A stretch of DNA of 64,000 nt from Octopus bimaculoides (lineage: Eukaryota): the NCBI RefSeq assembly GCF_001194135.2, contig NC_068982.1, forward strand, positions 59,542,814 to 59,606,813, written 5' to 3'. The notes beneath the pieces were generated by a model, which did no database searches, had not been told where the DNA came from, and worked only from the letters and a program-made list of their open reading frames with translations. Below are positions 13,128-24,436 of the stretch, one piece after another. Made by a program: the position numbers and the translations under genes. The number at the start of each line of letters is the position of its first letter. Positions within the stretch are counted from its first letter, which is position 1.

Positions 13128-13848
13128 AGATAGATAGATAGATAGCAATAATACTGTTCTCTCTTACTATAATTTCTCCCAGCACCTCACCAAAAGTCAT
13201 CTCTTTCACTTTTAGTGGTGAAGGTTCTTTCCATCTTTGAATTATAAGGCACCCTCACAAGTGCTAATAGTGCACAAAAAGCACCTAGGTAGACCCTGTC
13301 AAGTAACTGGTGAACTGAGCAGAGGCAACACAAGTTTGAAAGGACTCTTTAATCTTGCTGAGGGTAAGTCAACCTTTAATAGTGTTGGTGCCATGAAAGA
13401 ATGTACCCAATACACACTGTAAAATAAAGTTAGGAAGGACATTCAGCCATAGAAACCAAGCACAAACTGAGACACTGGAGAGAAGTGTGGTCCTCCTACT
13501 CATTGGATACTATCCTACCATCCAACTCGAGTCAAAATGGATAGCAGATAGAGGAGGAGGAGGAGGTGTGAGGCTATTAATGAGAAATCAGTTATCTGGC
13601 TACTTGGAATTATTTTAACCATTTTATATTTTCATTTTTTTTTTTCATGACTATAATCCAAATATTTATGAAAGCAGATAAAATTCAAAAGCTTATAAAA
13701 TATAATGATGTATTAAAAAAACAACAAAAAAAAACTAAAGTTATTTTCTGCAGAAATGTCATATTGGAACAAAGCCGAATAGAGACATAGATAAAACATT
13801 CCCTAGACATTTCCAGTCATTCCACTTTTAAGCTGCTGCGCTGCTTAC

Positions 13849-13893
13849 CATTACCCACAATGATAACTCCTGTGTGCAATATTGGCAAGGGAA
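13849..13893 (-). CDS. Candidate 45-nt internal exon of an unidentified gene
   Basis: Strong acceptor taattttctacttgttcag| and donor |gtaagc in unique sequence. Two open frames: xPLPILHTGVIIVGNG or FPCQYCTQELSLWVM. Confidence 0.35.
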
Positions 13894-14299
13894 CTGAACA
13901 AGTAGAAAATTACAAAGCAGGCCAAGCTAACAGAATGAGATAAATGCATGATGTCTCATAGACTTGAATTTGAGGCTATCACTCACAACTTGATATATCT
14001 CCGAGGTAATGCTAATATAATGGGTAATGGCAGTCTTACTCTTTGGTGATTCCAAGTAACCTCTTTCATTACTATATTGGTTTAGAAAATAATGAAGAAT
14101 TTAGTAGAATAATTTTGTCATTGTTAACATAACTTACCATGAAATTTTGATGGAAAGGTTTCATTTAATTCCCTTTAAAATAGAGAGTTTGTACCAGAAC
14201 TGGGGACAGTCTCGGATCGTTTTATATAAAAAGGGTAAACAGGATTCTTTGAGGTATGCTCTCACCTCATCACTTTTGTTGATGAGAAAGCATGCCTTT

Positions 14300-14915
14300 T
14301 TCACCATTCTACTGACATGATATTTAAACTTAGAGATATGTGAACAGCCAAGGTTGTACAGGATTTGCTTTCGTTGGGGGCAATAGTTAGCAACTGGTTA
14401 ACACTGATAAAAGAGATATCAAAATACCGAAAGATTGAGGGGAAATTATGAACACAATTCAAAATGCCATTGAAAGTTTATCCTAGCTTCTCACAGTGTC
14501 GTCTTTGGGAAGTCAGAATGACACCATCCTTGCTCCCCAAAGATGACACTATGCAGGCTATTAATGCCAGCATCATTAAAAAAAAAACCCCAGCTCAGTC
14601 AGAATAAATCTGTTCCCGATATAGTGGATGCTAATAACATTGACAACCATCTGACATTGTTGTCCCTCCTCTCAATCTGCAACTGAAAGTAAGAGTGCTC
14701 ATTATGGTGATACAAGATTTGGATACACCCAAAACTCTGTGACTACAAGGATTGCTGTTAAAAACCTTTATGTACCCTACAATCAAAACCACCATTATAA
14801 CTGATGAAGCAAAGGGATATGCTTTCATTCTACACATTACCCTTATCCAAAGAGATATAACATTTTGGTTCAAGCACTTATAGTTTCCAGTAATACTATT
14901 GTTTGTGCAACCATC
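14300..14915 (+). mobile_element. Helitron Rep/helicase relic (PIF1-like helicase C-terminal part)
   Basis: Frameshifted translation gives DLLSLG..IKIPKD..KVYPS, ILAP (14526-14537), VPPLNLQLKVRVLIMVIQDLD (from 14662), TRIAVKNL, TTIITDEAKG..FI, FKHL*FPV (from 14869). These are collinear with Helitron helicase motifs (ILAP, PPHxLxLKVGxPIMLLRNL, TRL, FKRxQFPV). Confidence 0.8.
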
Positions 14916-14984
14916 ATATCCCAGTCACATACCTACATAGATGTTTGAGTTTAACTGTCAACTTCATGTTTTTGTCATGCTCAT

Positions 14985-15321
14985 TGAGACCCCCTTCGGT
15001 CATGAATGACCATGGGATTGCACCTACAAAGTTACCCTCCGAGGCACAAATCCAGGTAAGGTTGCTTATGGAAGACCAGCAGTTGCCCATGCATGCCAGC
15101 CTCCCCTCTCCATGCTACCGGTGTTCTCGAAGGGCAAGACGAAGACTGATACAACTTGGCACCAGTGAAGTCGCAACTCATTTCTACAGCTGAGTTAACT
15201 GAAGCAACGTGAAATAAAGTGTCTTGCTCAAGAACACAACATGTTGCCCAGTCCGGGAATCGAAATCACAACCTCACAACCATAAGTTCAATGCTCTAAC
15301 TACTGAACTATGTGCCTTCAC
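14985..15321 (-). mobile_element. tRNA-derived SINE with RTE-like 3' tail
   Basis: tRNA-like head at 15250-15321 (minus). Tail ...cccatggtcattcatgaccgaagggggtc. Related copies at 42821-43050(-) and 52661-52800(+, head). Confidence 0.8.
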
Positions 15322-15866
15322 TGAGCAAAGTTGACATCTTTTCATTTGAAAATGGTAGAATAATATATTGTTGACCACTATTGGGCTCTTGCTAAGGGAA
15401 ATACTTCTGTTAGAATCATTTTTGCTGTAAGTGTTGCATATCAAATATATTAAGTAAGAATTTTTAGCCACAAGATTAAAATTATCAATAAACATAGTCT
15501 CAAAAATTTCATGAATTATAGAGACTGGTAAAAATTCAACTTTAGACAAGTATCTGCATTATGGTAAAAGAGTAAGTAGATAAAAATATGTACAAAAAGA
15601 ATTACATGAGAATTTGTTACAAGTTTAAGGAAAAAAAATTGCTAAAAATATTTCAATGTATGTGGCAACCAAGTTGTACCAGGGACTTCTGCTATAATAT
15701 TTATATGATTTTTTTTCCTACTATAGACTCAAAGCCCGAAATTTTAGGGGAGGTGGGGCAGTCAATTAGATCGATCCCAGTATGCAACTGGTACTTAATT
15801 TATCAACCCTGAAAGGATGAAAGGCAAAGCCGACCTTGGCGGAATTTAATATTTATATGAATATTA

Positions 15867-15925
<59 letters not shown>

Positions 15926-16546
15926 TATATACATATGTACATACACATATATAGACACATACATACGTATACAGATTCATACATACATACACACATATAT
16001 ATACTATATATATGTATATATATATATACACACACACACATTCATACATTTTTGTGTGTGTATGATCTAATTTAAGCTAATTTTATATATTTACCTATGG
16101 TGCTTTGAAATTTGAATTCTTTCTATTCCATTGGGGCCTTTGCTATACTCCAGGACGAAGACATCTCTGAGATATATTTTGCTATAACTAATATTATTAT
16201 AGTTCCCCTCTGCATTTAATCTTTAATGTTTGCTTCTGAATGGGTGTGAACAAAACACACACACATACACACAGTTATATTTATTTATAGCAAGCTGATT
16301 ACTATGGCTGGTCAGAGAGTGACCATTTGTTTCACATCTATAAAGTGCTTTTCTGTATAGGCAACTCATCACAATCAAATGACCAGAGGCACATAACCGA
16401 TCTACAACTGGATACATAAACTACTGATGATATATATATCTACATATATGTATACGCACACACACACACGCACACACGCATATATATACATATATGCATA
16501 TATATAAATACTAAATGAATAAATATTCGAAAATATTAATATATAT

Positions 16547-16586
<40 letters not shown>

Positions 16587-16686
16587 CATTAATAAAATGA
16601 ATAATAACAAAAATAATATAGGTGGCTAACAAGCAAAAGCCAATAAATGGCAAATCCAAAATTTTATAATTATGTTATAATTATAA

Positions 16687-16815
16687 TAGGGCACACGCAG
16701 TGCAAGCATTGTTGTGAAAATCAGAGTCGAAAAATCTTCTGAGCGATTGGTGGTTTTCTTAGAGGATTTTTTTGACTCTGATTTTCACAACAATGCTGGC
16801 ACCACATGTGCCCTA
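16687..16815. mobile_element. MITE-like palindromic element (125 bp plus TA/TA)
   Basis: TA-gggcaca...agcattgttgtgaaaatcagagtcgaaaaatc versus right arm gattttttgactctgattttcacaacaatgct...tgtgccc-TA. Arms of about 50 bp are nearly perfectly complementary, with TA on both sides. Confidence 0.8.
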
Positions 16816-17180
16816 CACACACATGCCTTTTGCTAACACAGTTTTAAGTTATATGGATTAGATGTCAAATTGCTCCCTGATTATGTTTATCCTGTATTTT
16901 ACCTATAGGCATTGATCTGTAGATGTTCAGGCACAGTATTAATCACATCAATCCTAATAGTTTGTGAAGGTCTGCAGTGATTATGAGCATTGTGATTTCA
17001 AATCTCATCCAAGTCTTCTTTATTATTTTTCTTCTGGTAAGATTAAAATAAATGCCCATGGACAAAATAATACTCAGGTTAATATAACTGAATATACCTG
17101 AGAAGTGAGTGCTCCAGCAAGGCCAAAGTACTCTTATTTAAACCAGTAGAAGAATAGACAAAATTTACTTCTGACTAACT

Positions 17181-17594
17181 TATCTTTCACTCATTTCAAT
17201 CATTGAATTGCGGCCATGCTGGAGTACTGTCTTGAAGAGCTTAGTTGAAGAAATCAACCCCTGTACTTTTTTTAAAGTCTAGTACTTATTCTATCAGGAT
17301 CTTTTGTTGAGCTATTCAATCACAGAAACGTAAACAAACCAGCCTCACTTGCCAATCTGTGATGGAGGTCAAACAAAACACAACACAACACACATACACA
17401 TACACAAACACACACACACACACACACATGTGATGGGCTTTCTTCAGTTACCATTCATTTGGCCCACTTACAAAGTTTTGGTCAGTCCAGCGCTATAGTA
17501 TAAGACACTTGCTGAAGGTGCCACAGATTGGGACTGAACCAAAGACAACATAATTGTGAAGCAAAATTCTTACTCACATAGCCACACATGCACC
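17181..17594 (-). mobile_element. SINE family A, reverse copy
   Basis: Reverse complement of the family A head, internal (CA)n and 3' domain. Confidence 0.75.
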
Positions 17595-19191
17595 TTAAAA
17601 CAATCTATTTTGAAAAACAAGAATTAAGATGAAAGAAGGATAGATTGACAATGCAACCCAATTTTATTTACATCTGGTTTTCTTATTCTAGAGAGGGCTG
17701 GATAGTATTACAATTTTTGACATTTGTATGATGCATTAGAGAAAAAGAATTTGATAGTTAAATACACTTCACAATACTTCATAATAGTTCATAATACCAA
17801 TTATCCAGTTATGATAAATTTCATCTTGGTGAACTTAGAGGACTTACTTAACTGCACAATCAAATATCAAGTATCACCAAGAAAGATTAATTTAGAGACT
17901 ATGAGAAAAGTACAAAAGTCTATGATCTTGCTCACACATCACCATTTTGATTGATAGTTGGTATCATTATATACTGTAAATCTTTTTTCAAGACTGCATT
18001 CATGCCACAGCTCTGTCTTTTAGGGTTGCAATCAATTGTATTGACTGCTTTACTCATTTTAAATACAAAATGCAAAGTATACATTGTAGGACAAGATTTA
18101 AACAGGGTATTTCTGTTTGAATATACCACAGTATTGATGTGTGTGTATGCATGTATTATCATCATCGTCGTCATCATCAACAACATTTGACATCAGTTTT
18201 CCTAGCTAGCACGGGTTGGACAGCTTGACAGGAACTGGCAAAGGCCAGGGGCCACACCAAGTTCCATTGTCTGTTTTGGTCTGGTTTCTACAGTTGGATG
18301 ATTTTCCTAATGCTAACCACTTTACAGAGTGTACTGAGCACACCAGCACCCTGCCAATACTCTTTACACGGCACCTTGGGTGTAGGATCTCAATTCTGCT
18401 CTTCTTCTCAAGCATAGCAATGTGCCACATATCATATATACATATCATATATACATATAAAACAAACTAAATGTAGTTATACAAACGATAGCAACAAGAA
18501 CTCAATACAAATCGTTGAGATTAAATATATGTAGTAACAGTTTGTAAATTTGACATGCAATCACTCAAAGTTTTTGCATGTGAAAAGTTCATTTGATCAC
18601 TCAGTTACAGTGGTGTTAAATGGTTAGGGAGCCCAATACCTACAGGAGGTTGAATACCACTTATTTATGTCATTGAATCATTGTGTCTATTTGTCAGTTC
18701 AGATCATGTTATGGAGTAAGTGATAGAATGACCACTCAGTGTTTTGAATGGTTTCTGAGTGGGAGACAACTCTGACACAATAAATGAAATCTGAAGGTTG
18801 CTTTGTTCTTGGTGCCAATGAATCATTTCATAATGGTTCTGCAACATCCGACTGTTTTTCGCGCATCCAAGCAATCATTCTTGTACACATCTTATCAAAT
18901 GATCCAGGCCAATAAGAACTAATTTTGCTCCTAATCCGACAACATTTAACTTCTTTTAAGACTCATAACTGCTTTACCACTTAGCATTGCAGCACTTGCA
19001 TGGTCACGCATGCTTTACACATCCATAAAACTTTGAGAAAGACTGATTTCCATCACAAACTAAGCATACATGCCCACACATGCACACGCTATATTTTTCA
19101 AAGCTGTGTCTATATGACCTACTCCTTTTATTCCCCTGTATTGCAATACTCATCAGTGAGAAGTCAGAATTATCTATCAAGTATACATATA

Positions 19192-19241
<50 letters not shown>

Positions 19242-19341
19242 TAGTAATGGTAAGACAACAAAAGAATGAAAGAGACCTCGGTATTATGTAAATAGGGGAA
19301 TTTATCTGTAATATGATATGTGACAATTATTTGGTTGCCAT

Positions 19342-19402
19342 AATAAGACTCCGAGTTTCAGATGTTGGGGCATAAATCTGCTCCGGCATCTCATCAGTTA
19401 TT
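19342..19402 (-). ncRNA. Type I hammerhead ribozyme motif (minimal, Penelope-like type)
   Basis: Minus strand reads AAUAA-CUGAUGA-GAUG-(22 nt)-CAUC-U-GAAA-CUCGGAG-UC-UUAUU. Stem I is AAUAA/UUAUU, the core is CUGAUGA and GAAA, stem II is GAUG/CAUC with one extra U, stem III is the near-palindrome ACUC(G)GAGU, and the cleavage triplet GUC is plus-strand 19347-19349. Confidence 0.8.
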
Positions 19403-19827
19403 GAGGCATTCAAAATATGCTATGAAAATGACCGTTAAACAAAGGGAAATTACTATGTAATTGATTGTTATTAAGACAAAAGAACTATTAGAATGACCAT
19501 TAAATAAGGGGAAAAATCCGAAGGAGAAGAAGTAAAAAGTAAAGAAATAAAAATGCTCATAGCAATCGTGTATGCGCACATGTACATACATACACATGCG
19601 TGCACGCACACCCACGTATATTTGAATATAACTGCACATATAGGTATGTGACCTTTAATGTATATATATATATATCAGTCACAGTGATACTAATAACTTG
19701 GTGTTAGAACTCAATATATATTTGCTCCAGATAAAAGCAGTAGTTGAGTACAGAACACTGCAAGACATTATATAAATGACAAGGAAACATGAAATTATCT
19801 TTATTATCATTATTATTATTACACATA

Positions 19828-20047
19828 CAGTGGTGAGCTGGTAGAATCGTTAGCATGCCAAGTGAAATGCTTAGCCGCATTTCGTCTGCTGCTACATTCT
19901 GAGTTCAAATTCCACCAAGGTCGATTTTGCCTTTCATCCTTTCGGGATCAATAAATTAAGTACCAGTGAAACACTGGTGTCGATATAATCAATTATTCCC
20001 CTCTCCCAGATTTCAGGCCTTGTGCCTATGGTAGAAAGGATTGTTAT

Positions 20048-20050
<3 letters not shown>
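19828..20050 (+). mobile_element. SINE family B ((ATT)n-tailed; central gactttgcctttcatcctttcggggtcgataaattaagtaccag domain)
   Basis: Repeated more than 15 times, e.g. 9010-9220(-), 15715-15845(-), 24720-24925(+), 27245-27430(-), 27468-27670(-), 51485-51650(+), 54925-55040(+) and 57510-57700(+). The central domain recalls the Deu/Nin-type SINE domain (from memory, unverified). Confidence 0.85.
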
Positions 20051-20079
<29 letters not shown>

Positions 20080-21368
20080 AGGACCTTCCACACATTTTCC
20101 ATCTCCTAAATTCCACTTACATGCTATTGGTCAGCCTGCAGCTTTGGCAGAAGACACACAAAGTACAATACAGTTGGATCACATCTGGAACCAATTGTTT
20201 TGGAAGCAATGTTTTTTTTTTATGACACGGCCATGTCTGTTACCCATTTAATAGAGATTCTCAACAAAGCCCTACATAGAATTATTGCTAATGTTAGGAA
20301 GAATATCCAACTATTAAAATATGTATATTCAGTTATAAGTACCTGAGAGATTCACATGATGTATTAATATGGTTAATTCATGTAAGCATTAGAGAAAGTA
20401 AAACAAGACGCCTCAGCGAAATATTAATAAAATGATAAGTTGCGTGCATATAGGTAATAGAAACAGAATTGCCACAACAAAAGATTGCCGATATTTCAAA
20501 CAAAATTGTGAGTAAATAAGTTTCTTTTGTGTTGCTGTTGTTGTTGTTGTTTTTTGTTGTTATTGGGTAGGGCAGTCATGGGAGTGGTGGTAATGGTGGT
20601 GGTTGTGGTGATGGTATGAAATTTGATTTTGCGTAAAGGCTAATGAATTTTGATGAGGATAATGTTTGTGGTGGTGGTGGTGGTATTGGTGATGGTGTCA
20701 ATGAAGCTGCCATAGCTGCTTTTTACAATCCAATCCTGCTGCTGATGGTGCAGACGATGGTGATGATTACGTTCGTGATGGTGGCAGTGGTGGTGATGAT
20801 GATGAGAATAACAATGTTGATCATAATGATGATAACGATTAAAATGGCGATAATATTGATGACAGTGGCGACATTCACAATAACAACAATGCTGATGATG
20901 ATGATGATGATGATAATAATAATGACAGTGACGAAATGACGACTATGACAACAACCACTGTGATGATATTGAAGGTTATAATAAATATGAGGATGATGAT
21001 GATGATGATGATGATGAGAAAGAGTGAAAGTGGGAAAAAAATAAATAAAAGCATATGAGAGAAAAAGAATGGGTTAATATTTCTTACAAACTGCTGCTGT
21101 CATGTCTTGCAATGTACCATTTGTCTTCAATCTAGAATCAACATGCAGTCTAGAGAAAGAACAAGGAGTAACTAGAAATTTCTCTGGCACACTAATCTGA
21201 AGAATTGACATGAGGAAGCTGGATTGACCTTTAATTAGGCAATCTACATGAAAAATATAGGTGTGTATATATATACTGATATGGATGTATGCATGTATAT
21301 GTTCTATGTACAAAGATTTCTATTTGTGTTATACATATGTGTATGTGTGTGATGTGTATAGACACATA

Positions 21369-21401
<33 letters not shown>

Positions 21402-21411
21402 NNNNNNNNNN

Positions 21412-21447
<36 letters not shown>

Positions 21448-21932
21448 TGTATGTGTGTGTGAATATAAGAATATATATATATATTATATATGTATGTAAG
21501 TATGTGTATATTGATGCATGTAAGTGAGTATCGTTATCATATGAAGCTGGGTGTGGTCGGCTTGATAGGTTTGGCATAGAAAATGTCTCTTCCATTATGC
21601 AATATAGATGCATGTATTGTGATTGTGATGACATGTTTAACGCAGAAACAAACATGCACATGATAGGGCAGAAAGGAACAGCTAAAATGTCAGGAGAAAG
21701 AGAGAAAGAGAAAGCGAAAGAAAGAAAGAGAGAGAGAAACAGGAAAAGGCAAGGGTAAGTTGTTAGATAAACTCACAGAGAGACTGACAGATATAGAAAT
21801 TGATAGGATAGATAGTTTGAGAGGCAGGTGAAAAGACACACAAATGCACATACGATCAAGCACTCATCCTTCCTACAATCTACATATATATCTATACATA
21901 TTGCACATACATGCACACACACTCACACACAT

Positions 21933-21974
<42 letters not shown>

Positions 21975-22176
21975 TCCACAAAAATACATACAAATGTATA
22001 AATATATATATATACATACATGTTTGTGCATGTGTTTGTGTATGTATATATATATATATATAGATGTGTGTGTGTATGTATGTATATATATATATATATG
22101 TGTGTGTGTATGTATGTGTATATATATATATATNNNNNNNNNNATATATATATATATGTGTGTGTGTATGTATGTG

Positions 22177-22210
<34 letters not shown>

Positions 22211-22744
22211 TTTACATGTAATATAGGGATAGTGAGAACAATAAGAGATGGAAATACTCAGACTATATACATGTGTGTGTGTGTGTGTGTGTGTGCTTGA
22301 GAGAAAGAGAGAAAAAGTGAGTGAAATAATCTTATGAGCTCAGACAGATGTGGGGAAAGACTGGGGTGGGATGCATGTGTGCATATGTGCATATGTATAA
22401 GAGAAGATATGCTTAAATGTGTTGAGAAAGAAGAAAAAGAACAGCGAAGGAGTGGTGATTGTGGCAACGGTAATGGTGGTTGAGCATGCATAAAATGTGT
22501 GAGTCAGAGAAAATGGGATGGGGAAACAAATGAAGAAGCAAATATATTGTGTCAAATACTGAATCATTATTAGCACTGTCACATCACTAAAGATTGTCTT
22601 TGAATTTGCTTGGTCACATTCCTGGAAATCAAATATATTTATTCCCCTTTAGGTTGTCTTTTAACTGCTGTTAGGCTTTCTTGGGTAAAAACAAAAGCAT
22701 TGAGTAGTTGTGTAGGTTGAAAAAAAATGTACATTATTTGTGGT

Positions 22745-23470
22745 TTATCATCATCATCATCATCATTTAACGTCCGCTTTCCATGCTAGCATGGGTTAGA
22801 CGATTTGACTGAGGACTGGTGAAACCGGATGGTAACACCAGGCTCCAATCTGATTTGGCAGAGTTTCTACAGCTGGATGCCCTTCCTAACGCCAACCACT
22901 CAGAGAGTGTAGTGGGTGCTTTTACGTGTCACCTGCACGAAGGCCAGTCAGGCGGTACTGGCAACGGCCACACTCAGAATGGTGTATTTTGTGTGCCACC
23001 TGCACAAGAGCCAGTCCAGGGGCACTGGCAACGATCTCGCTCGAAAATCCTACGAAGGCCAGTCAGGCGGTACTGGCAAACAGGATGATCTCAGGACACT
23101 GAACCTTTTGGAGGAGATGACAAAGGACTGAGATATCTGGCACCATTTGTACTGGAAAACCTGTACTCCACAAAAGAGGCGTTAAGTCTGCTTCCCCTGA
23201 TGAAAAAAAAAAAAAGACCTGCAACAACCCTGTGCCAGTGCTGCTTAAAAAGGCACTGATGCCGGTGCCACATAAAACACTCATGCCAATGCCATGTTAA
23301 AAAGCATCCAGCACACTCTGTAAAGTGGTTGGCATTAGGAAAGGCATCCAGCTGTGGAAACCAAGCTAAATCAGGCTGGAACCTGGTGCAACTCTCCAGC
23401 TGGTCAGCTCAGGTTCAACTGTCCAGCCCATGCCAACATGGAAATCGGATAATGATGATGATGATGAAGA
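22745..23470. mobile_element. Two family C copies joined head-to-head
   Basis: Minus copy 22745-23080 and plus copy 23080-23470, with (GAT)n tails pointing outward. Confidence 0.8.
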
Positions 23471-24225
23471 AGAAACAAAAATGAACTTAGAGAACTAGCT
23501 TAGAGTGGCTATTGGCATGTATTTGAACAACAAAAGACAAATTCAGGTGTATCAAATGTATGGCTCTCCATCAGGTATGACGACAAGCATTCCAGTCGAT
23601 ATGATCGACCAAACAGCTTGCTCATGAAATTAATGTGCAACTAGTTAAGCACTCTCCAGACATGCATACTCTTAATGTAGTTCTCAGAAAGATACAGCAT
23701 GACACCAAATGGGACAAGATTGGCCCATTGAATTACTGGTATTGTTCATTTTTGCCAGCTGAGTGAACTGGAGCAACAAGAAATAAAGTGTTTGCTCAAA
23801 GACACAATGTGCAACTGGGAATCAAATGTTAACCTTATGATCTTGAACTGAATACCCTAGCCACTAACCCATGTGCCTGTCATTTTCATCAATGGCATGA
23901 GAGTTTTAGAGAAAATTCTTTGATTTTTGAGATTATCTTCTCTTTGGCAGAGGAGTCAATCTTAATTGTTATTTGGTAATTATAATACCTTCTCTAGAGG
24001 CAGAGATAATTTTAATAAGTCGACTATTTATATTGTAAGGTATGTGATATATTTGTATTTATCTGTATGTGCATGTTTTAATAAAACAATAGTGATGAAT
24101 GGTAAAGAGCTGTTCTGATGGTAAACGGAATTGGAGAATGTGCAATTCTAACATCATATCAACTAAACTAACGAGTGAAACTTTTACATGAGACAATGGT
24201 TAAGACTGACGGTAAATCTAAATAT

Positions 24226-24436
24226 TTATTCCATTATTGTTGCATCAATGTCAAATAAGCCAACAAATGGACTGATATTTGAGCCAGTGAAGAATCCACT
24301 ACATATAGTTGCTTGATATGCTAAAAATTGCAGCCATTCTCTCAAATAACTATATTGTCTCCAAGAAAACCTCTTAAACCAGTATGGTCTTGGTTGAAAT
24401 GCATTTGTTTTATAGGTCTGATCAATTAGCCATGAC
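24226..24436 (-). CDS. Candidate terminal exon
   Basis: Acceptor ctgtttaatgctag|, then open frame SWLIDQTYKTNAFQPRPYWFKRFSWRQYSYLREWLQFLAYQATICSGFFTGSNISPFVGLFDIDATIME*, with AATAAA overlapping the stop. No family recognised. Confidence 0.25.
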
